A stretch of 64,000 nt of DNA, taken from positions 195,889-259,888 of the forward strand of contig CAKVNK010000002.1 of NCBI GenBank assembly GCA_934777435.1, given 5' to 3'. Position numbers and translations under genes: made by a program. Below are positions 58,228 through 64,000 of the stretch, in pieces. A model generated the notes under the pieces. The model was not told where the DNA came from. It did no database searches and worked only from the letters and a program-made list of their open reading frames with translations. Numbering within the stretch: position 1 is the first letter of the stretch; every line of letters begins with the position of its first letter. The stretch comes from an uncultured Clostridia bacterium (lineage in GTDB: Bacteria > Bacillota > Clostridia > Christensenellales > UBA1242).

Positions 58228-58663
58228 TTGTACCTTCCTTTTCTTCGAAATCTGATATATCTATTTGTCCCTTGATGACACCGTTTGCAGTTAATTCTGG
58301 TTTTTTAGATGTGTCAATCAAATATTCATCAGATTGTTGTTCAATCAAAATGTTTGAGTTTTTGTTTGATAGCAATTTATGGTCTTGCTTAAATTCTTTT
58401 TTGCTTATTTTTAAATTTGAATTAATGTTTTGAAGCTGCGCTGAATCAATCTTATTTTGTAAATTATTCTTGACCTTAATATTTTTAAGTGCCTTATAAA
58501 ACAATTCTTTTAAAAATTTACGCATTTTTTTTATACTGCGCTCATCCATGCCACTTTCATCAAGCTTTCCAAATTCATCATAGAAATAGTCAGTGCACTG
58601 TGCCAAATCATCAAAACTTGGTAGAACATCAGGGATATCTTCAAAGTAGTTCTTTTTTATCAT
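58217..58663 (-). CDS. Hypothetical protein
   Basis: AAGGTGG RBS. ATGA overlap with the stop of the Zot-like gene. Confidence 0.5.
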   Translation of the reverse strand: MIKKNYFEDIPDVLPSFDDLAQCTDYFYDEFGKLDESGMDERSIKKMRKFLKELFYKALKNIKVKNNLQNKIDSAQLQNINSNLKISKKEFKQDHKLLSNKNSNILIEQQSDEYLIDTSKKPELTANGVIKGQIDISDFEEKEGTNEN

Positions 58664-59517
58664 ACTGCCACCTTTTCTTCAGTTTTTTCATTTACTTGTT
58701 TTTCAGTTTTTACTTTTGTTACCTTCTTAAAGTTGTCCCACGACTCTGGTCTTTTTTCAGATAAAGTAGTTCTGTCGTAATAGCTAAAATCTTTACTTAA
58801 ATCTTCAACCATTGTTGCGTATGCGTGTGTGTTATAGTGCTTATTAATATCACCGTTGAACTCATATTTTCCCTTAACACCAAGTGATTTTTCACCTGCG
58901 ATGTATTGACTGAGCAAGTCTTCACTTTCAAATTGATGATATTTCCACACAGTTTTAATCAATTTGCCAATAGGAAGTAATTTATCAGATTTAATTTTTC
59001 TGCCAGAAGGCAATACGTAAGTATGTTGAATTTCATCAATGTAGGTGAAGACATCTGCAATATCACGGATATCTTTGTGAATACGGATATAGCGTTGAGC
59101 AATCAAGTAAATATCCATAGAGATGTGTCTACGCAACTCGAAAGCTTGAGTAACCCATGGTGGTAATGGTTTATCGCTTTTGCTGTCAAAATAGCGTTGA
59201 GCTTCGTCAAACACGTAAAGACCATAAGGCATTAAACGTTTTGTTGTTTTGTGAATATCATTTGGAACACCGAAATCCCAACCAGAGATTTCATAGTTTT
59301 TCATATTAGGATATTTACGATAAATATCAAAATTGGCAAATACTGCATGTCTATTAGGCGGTGGTGTCAAGTTTTGACCTAGGCTATTCATTTGCTTAAT
59401 ATATCGTCTAGCCGCGTGATATCTGCTATTGTTAAACCTAAATTCTTCATTTATGACATGCGCCACGACATAGGATGTTTTCCCAGCCCCTGGCTTACCA
59501 CAAACGATTTCTAACAT
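58660..59517 (-). CDS. Zonular occludens toxin (Zot)/phage gpI-like P-loop NTPase
   Basis: Start set at ATG 59517 (AGGGTGA RBS). Walker A is CGKPGAGKTS at the extreme N-terminus. Walker B is LYVFDEAQRYF. Size and layout match the Zot/pI morphogenesis ATPase N-domain. Confidence 0.7.
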   Translation of the reverse strand: MLEIVCGKPGAGKTSYVVAHVINEEFRFNNSRYHAARRYIKQMNSLGQNLTPPPNRHAVFANFDIYRKYPNMKNYEISGWDFGVPNDIHKTTKRLMPYGLYVFDEAQRYFDSKSDKPLPPWVTQAFELRRHISMDIYLIAQRYIRIHKDIRDIADVFTYIDEIQHTYVLPSGRKIKSDKLLPIGKLIKTVWKYHQFESEDLLSQYIAGEKSLGVKGKYEFNGDINKHYNTHAYATMVEDLSKDFSYYDRTTLSEKRPESWDNFKKVTKVKTEKQVNEKTEEKVAV

Positions 59518-59609
59518 TTTCACCCTTTTTAGTTGCTTTTTGATTAGCAATTTGTTATCATAAATTTAATAGGTGAAGGGCAAACGTTAGAGTTTGCTTC
59601 TTTTTTTTA

Positions 59610-59801
59610 CTATCTTAAAAGTGATTTATCTATTTTAATAACGATTGTTTTTGTACCTGTATTTTTTGCTGGCCTTTTAGTTTGAACAGCTTTCTTTTTA
59701 GGTGTTGAAACAGTTTTTGTTTTTTTAGCCTTTGTTACAGTTGATTTTCTTTTTGTCGCTGTTTTAATAGGCTTTTTTGTTAATTTAGCTTTAACTTTCA
59801 T
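59610..59801 (-). CDS. Small, extremely basic K/T-rich protein (63 aa)
   Basis: AAGGAGA RBS upstream of ATG 59801 (MKVKAKLTKKPIKTATKRKSTVTKAKKTK...). The longer ORF-track version has no support. Confidence 0.5.
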   Translation of the reverse strand: MKVKAKLTKKPIKTATKRKSTVTKAKKTKTVSTPKKKAVQTKRPAKNTGTKTIVIKIDKSLLR

Positions 59802-59853
59802 ATTTTTTCTCCTTAATTCATTTACAAACAATCCAGCGCGCTTTGGTGTTTGT

Positions 59854-59920
59854 TGGTGGAGAATATGGTATCGAAACCACACACTTTGCTGGGTATAGCC
59901 AAAGCGAATCCTTTTTCTCC
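59854..59920 (-). other. tRNA-like 67-nt element ending in CCACCA (non-canonical)
   Basis: The minus strand reads GGAGAAA...gtggt-ttcgat-accat-ATTCTCC-ACCA. It has a 6-bp acceptor-like stem and a T-arm-like hairpin with a 6-nt loop. It is too short, and lacks clear D and anticodon arms, to be a standard tRNA. Confidence 0.25.
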
Positions 59921-59949
59921 ATAAAGCCTGAATTAACAGGCTTTTATTT

Positions 59950-60861
59950 TTATTTACAGCAACGTAAAACTTCACCAGTTTCCAAATTTTTGAAAACTGC
60001 ATAGAAGCTAACACTTGAATAAGCTCTATATCCTTTAAGGTTAAAGTTATCCATATCAATGATTGTATTCATAATGGCTTCATCATCTAAAAATTCATAG
60101 TTAAGACGTTCTGCATGTTCTTTTGAGTAACATGGAGTCAAAGACCACCCAATGAATTCATATCCTTCGATAGTAGGCTTTTCAGGTGTTTGCACAACGC
60201 GTTCAACTGTTTGTGTTGTGTCAATGGTTGTATAATTCAATTCGCCTTCATAATTAATAGACTCAAAACAGCAATTAACGAAATCTTCAAGATGAATATA
60301 TAAGGTTTTTTTCGCTCCAGCTTGAAATTCAAAGCTGGCTGTTTCGGAAGCGAAACTTGGTTGAAATGTGATATTGAGAACTTTAGATTCATATTTGCCG
60401 TCTTGGTCTGTTGCAAACATGACATCTTCGCTTGCATAATTCAACAATTTATTAACCGCTTCTTGAGTGTAAAGGGCGGTTTTAGTGATAATTGTTGGTG
60501 AATTGTCGTCCATATCATCAACAACGTTTGTTTCAAGTATCATCAAATTGTTGTTCGCAGCAAAATCTGCTAAAACATTTTCCAATTCATTGCATTTTTC
60601 AGCTTGTTCGTTGGACTTTTCTAACAAATTTTTGTTTTCGTTTGTCAATTCATTGTTTTTGTCAGTTAAGGTTTTGTTTGCTGTTTTTAAATTTGTATTT
60701 TCTTTTTCTTGTTCTTTTTGAGCAAGTTGTGATTGCTCAATTTGAACATTTAAGTCTTTAATGCTTGCTTGGTTGTAATTGTTGGTTACTGCATAGCTAA
60801 GACCACCTGCTGCACCAGCAAAAGCCAAAGCTAAAGCTGTTGTTAAAATTGCTTTTTTCAT
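59950..60861 (-). CDS. Secreted coiled-coil protein with C-terminal B-repeat-like module
   Basis: AAGGAAG RBS. Signal peptide MKKAILTTALALAFAGAAGG. N/K/E-rich coiled region. GYEFIGWSL motif. Confidence 0.6.
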   Translation of the reverse strand: MKKAILTTALALAFAGAAGGLSYAVTNNYNQASIKDLNVQIEQSQLAQKEQEKENTNLKTANKTLTDKNNELTNENKNLLEKSNEQAEKCNELENVLADFAANNNLMILETNVVDDMDDNSPTIITKTALYTQEAVNKLLNYASEDVMFATDQDGKYESKVLNITFQPSFASETASFEFQAGAKKTLYIHLEDFVNCCFESINYEGELNYTTIDTTQTVERVVQTPEKPTIEGYEFIGWSLTPCYSKEHAERLNYEFLDDEAIMNTIIDMDNFNLKGYRAYSSVSFYAVFKNLETGEVLRCCK

Positions 60862-60874
60862 TTTTTTCTTCCTT

Positions 60875-61195
60875 TTAAAGAGCTAAAATAAATGCTCTTA
60901 GTAAATAGATTCCAAAGCCTGTAACAGTTAAAGAACCAAGCAGAAGTATGATTGATATGACTTTAATTGTTACAGAGTTTGATTTTATACTGCGTGTTGA
61001 TGAAATTATTGCTGATAGGCAAAAAGCCGCCAAAACGCAATAAAAGACAATAATAATTGGAACGGTAACTATTAAGCTTAAACGTTCCACACCGTTCATG
61101 TTTGCAAAACCGATATCGTTTAATAAATACAGCATTAGACATGCTAAAGTTAATGAAACGATTGCAGTTATAAAACTTCCAATTCGTGTTTTCAT
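60875..61195 (-). CDS. Small polytopic membrane protein (3 TM)
   Basis: AGGTGA RBS. 106 aa, almost entirely hydrophobic helices. Confidence 0.6.
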   Translation of the reverse strand: MKTRIGSFITAIVSLTLACLMLYLLNDIGFANMNGVERLSLIVTVPIIIVFYCVLAAFCLSAIISSTRSIKSNSVTIKVISIILLLGSLTVTGFGIYLLRAFILAL

Positions 61196-61202
61196 GTTTC
61201 AC

Positions 61203-63224
61203 CTAGACAGATTGAGTATTGTTACCATTTAAGTAAATCGTAATATAAGTGGCATTTTCCCAAGTGATTGTAAAACCATCTTTAGAATTGCCTGTTTGAG
61301 TGTAAGTACCATCTGTTGAGATTTCATTTATGAAACTGCTAATCTTGCTGGTTTTTACTACTATTTTTCCAGATTTGGTAGTGAAAATTTTAGCACCTGC
61401 TATAGTAGTTTCTTCGCCATCGTTAATTGTAAAGATAACTTTTCCCTTGTCATTAAATTTTTCACCCTTGTAACCAACTATAAGTGAAACAGAGTCCCAA
61501 CAAGCATAGATAGTGCAGTCTGAACTGCCAAAGGTAAAGATGTTTCCATCAACATGACCTTGTCCTTCCAGGATTTTCCAACCAGAAAATGAAGCTCCGT
61601 CAGTAACTGCTGTTGGAGTAGTTAAAGACAGTGTTGAATTTGAAACTTGAGAAATTGTTTGTATAACGTTACCGTTACCCGAATCTAAAACTGTTAATAT
61701 GTAAACTTCATCACTAAACACTGCGATGAAAGTTTTATCATTTTTAATTGATGACAATTCTGCAGTCATATCTTCAATGATTGTGTGGCCATCTAATGAC
61801 CAACCAGAGAAGACTTTGCCTGTACAAACTGGATTGCTGTTTGGAACGGTTGCATTTTCACCGAATTTGATTGTTTGAGAGTCAAACACAATAGATTCAC
61901 CATCGTTTTGTGTTATGAAATTTACAACGTAAGTTAAATATCCATCTGCCAAAATTGTTACAGGTTCACTGACAACATAAGCGGTAGAACTTACTACCAC
62001 ACCATTTACAGTGCAGCTTGTAATTACGTAGTTGTTTGGAAGATAATTTGCTATGTTAATTGTCTTACCTGATTCTATCCAAAAGCCAAGAGTACTTAAT
62101 TCAGAGCTACGATAAGCAGCAATTTGAATCATGTATTGAAAATGACCTTTTGCTACAAAAGTTGTGTTTGTTAAAATTTCATAAGATTTCAATTCTTCAA
62201 CTTTCATGTCATCAACCAACCAATAATCGAAAATCCATTTTGTATTTCCAGAAATCACATCTTCAGGTATAAAGTTTTCACATGTGCTACCTTTATAAAT
62301 ATCCTGACTTAAGACTTCTTTACCTAACACCACAAATTTACAAGTATAGAGTGGAACGGTGTTAGCAACTAAATCAATATCACCAGTAACAACAAAATCG
62401 TCATCAATCTTTTCACCGTTTAGCAACCAACACTCAAATTTTTCAACATCAGGCACGTAAGTAATTTTTGAGCCTTTGTAAACGATTTCAGTTTTATCTA
62501 AGCCTTCATTTACAAAATACCTAACTGTTGCGAAATTTGAAATATCGCCATTTGAATAATCTTTATCGTTGTTGGTGGTTGATTTTGTACCTAATTTGAT
62601 AACAAAATCGTTCTTATTGAAGTAGTAATTCCAATATTTAACAGCGGTTTGTCCACCGTCTGTTGAAACTGTGAAACTGGTTGAGTTTTTATAGAACGCA
62701 ATACGAATTTTTAAAGTATCTGTTAAAGCGATACTCATATCTTCGTTGTAAAAAACATAACTGTAATCTGCAACGATGTAATCTTCGTTATTATCTGTGT
62801 AACCACAAGGCACGTCATTGATTAACAACTGATATTTAACACCTTTGGTTAATTCCAATACTTCGTCAATCGAAACACTGGCTTTGTACGTGCTTGTATC
62901 ACCGACTTGTAACAATTCAGTGTTTGAAAATTTGTATGTAATATCATCTACCAATTTGACTTCATTTGGTTTAAAAATACCATCAATTTGACCGATAATT
63001 CCGCCACTAGCTTTATAGTAAAAGTTTAACTGAATAGCTGAATATATTGTTACACCTACAAGCGCAAAATAAAAAACAACTAGCAGAACCCATTTACCAA
63101 CAGCAGGATATTTGAAACATGCAATTAATACCATGACTGCACCGATTATCAAAATAATGGTGTACCAGAATTTTGGATTTGATAGCATATCACTAAATTT
63201 GCTGAAACAAAGTAAATTAAACAT
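61203..63224 (-). CDS. Membrane-anchored adhesin-like protein with several B-repeat-like (F-x-G-W) modules
   Basis: Start set at ATG 63224 (GGTGGTGG RBS). N-terminal TM helices. Modules contain FECWLLNG, FDYWLVDD, FSGWSLDG and FSGWKILEG. Confidence 0.6.
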   Translation of the reverse strand: MFNLLCFSKFSDMLSNPKFWYTIILIIGAVMVLIACFKYPAVGKWVLLVVFYFALVGVTIYSAIQLNFYYKASGGIIGQIDGIFKPNEVKLVDDITYKFSNTELLQVGDTSTYKASVSIDEVLELTKGVKYQLLINDVPCGYTDNNEDYIVADYSYVFYNEDMSIALTDTLKIRIAFYKNSTSFTVSTDGGQTAVKYWNYYFNKNDFVIKLGTKSTTNNDKDYSNGDISNFATVRYFVNEGLDKTEIVYKGSKITYVPDVEKFECWLLNGEKIDDDFVVTGDIDLVANTVPLYTCKFVVLGKEVLSQDIYKGSTCENFIPEDVISGNTKWIFDYWLVDDMKVEELKSYEILTNTTFVAKGHFQYMIQIAAYRSSELSTLGFWIESGKTINIANYLPNNYVITSCTVNGVVVSSTAYVVSEPVTILADGYLTYVVNFITQNDGESIVFDSQTIKFGENATVPNSNPVCTGKVFSGWSLDGHTIIEDMTAELSSIKNDKTFIAVFSDEVYILTVLDSGNGNVIQTISQVSNSTLSLTTPTAVTDGASFSGWKILEGQGHVDGNIFTFGSSDCTIYACWDSVSLIVGYKGEKFNDKGKVIFTINDGEETTIAGAKIFTTKSGKIVVKTSKISSFINEISTDGTYTQTGNSKDGFTITWENATYITIYLNGNNTQSV

Positions 63225-63999
63225 ACGCCACCACCTTATAGACAAGTTGACCGTCTATTGTTTGCACTGTTTGACAATCTTGTACTTTGAATAGGCTTAG
63301 TTTGCTATCTTTTGTAAAACCAACAAAGTGAAGTTTGCCAAGTTTGTCCAAATCAATCAAAATATCAAGTTTAATTTTCTCACTATACTTCTCCAAATCG
63401 TCAACAAAAGAAGATTTAAGCTTAAGCGCTATATTGTTATCGTCAATTTTAACTTTTGTAAAATTGTCTAATGTAACAGGAACAATGCTTCGGCCAATGA
63501 AGTAATTTTGCATATTCGCAGAGCCATCATTAAAGCCAGAGTTACCTGAAACCATATTAAACATAGATTCGCCAGCACTTTTTACACCACTAGCAGACTT
63601 ATTAACTAAAATGGAATAATAAGACTTCACATCTGTTGTTAAGGCTTTGAATTTATCTGGGTCAACTTTTTTGTCATACTTGCCAGATTCTGGATTTAAT
63701 TCGTAGTAATCGAATAAATCACCGAACTCGAAAGCGATAACTCTGTTAGTGCCATTTTTTAAGCTTTTAACACTGTTAAACAACACCCCCGCGAAATAAT
63801 CTACGTCATAGTCGTCATACCATTTACGATAATGTGTTATGAACGGAATATGTTGCTTTGCGCCATAATCGTCAGTTTGAGCAATTAATCCTTTAAACTT
63901 CATTAAATACAATTCATTTCCAATTTGAATTTTAAAAGCTGTGTTTGGATTAATTGGATTTGATGAAATAACTGGTGTTTGATAGTCGTCTGACGACAT
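63217..63999 (-). CDS. Hypothetical protein (may continue beyond the window edge)
   Basis: The open frame reaches the ATG at 63999, one base from the window end, so the true start is unknown. No family recognised. Confidence 0.45.
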   Translation of the reverse strand: MSSDDYQTPVISSNPINPNTAFKIQIGNELYLMKFKGLIAQTDDYGAKQHIPFITHYRKWYDDYDVDYFAGVLFNSVKSLKNGTNRVIAFEFGDLFDYYELNPESGKYDKKVDPDKFKALTTDVKSYYSILVNKSASGVKSAGESMFNMVSGNSGFNDGSANMQNYFIGRSIVPVTLDNFTKVKIDDNNIALKLKSSFVDDLEKYSEKIKLDILIDLDKLGKLHFVGFTKDSKLSLFKVQDCQTVQTIDGQLVYKVVAYV

Positions 64000-64000
64000 G

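Larger units (their letters stand above)
56209..64000 (-). mobile_element. Candidate integrated filamentous-phage-like (Zot ATPase-encoding) element, truncated by the window end
   Basis: Twelve co-oriented, tightly packed or overlapping ORFs, most with strong RBS. Contents: a Zot-family P-loop ATPase, small basic proteins, a small polytopic membrane protein, two adhesin-like proteins and hairpin-rich intergenic regions. The tRNA 3' fragment sits at the left boundary. Confidence 0.45.

Overview
Low-GC (about 33%) Firmicutes-like chromosome segment. Clostridia-type markers include an orphan Spo0A C-terminal domain protein, SpmA/SpmB, an EndoA-like MazF and SipW-type signal peptides. Housekeeping genes: smpB and tmRNA, a short pyruvate kinase, rpiB, mnmA, an rsmF-like methyltransferase, rplM-rpsI, tex and dtd. 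These are interleaved with accessory surface and secretion loci. Main observations: (1) Two convergent TasA/camelysin-family genes share a perfect 66-bp inverted repeat inside their signal-peptide coding region. Only one gene has a promoter, leader, RBS and basic n-region, so this looks like a 1.39-kb invertible expression-site/silent-cassette switch. No recombinase gene is in the window. (2) A roughly 470-nt hairpin-rich leader lies on one side of the switch. On the other side are a triplicated ~96-bp structured repeat and a tandem palindromic 30-mer array. (3) Two tandem giant secreted proteins (2383 and 2328 aa) have diverged N-terminal halves, an apparently 100% identical 3.5-kb central block and near-identical promoters. 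(4) An all-minus-strand module of small ORFs with a Zot-family ATPase abuts an orphan tRNA 3' fragment, suggesting an inovirus-like prophage that runs off the window edge. (5) Paired TTGTACAA palindromes recur in three promoter regions. Other items: a Rho paralogue with a degenerate ATPase, and a MazF with a non-canonical upstream partner. All calls rest on manual reading and remembered family motifs. No database searches were run.
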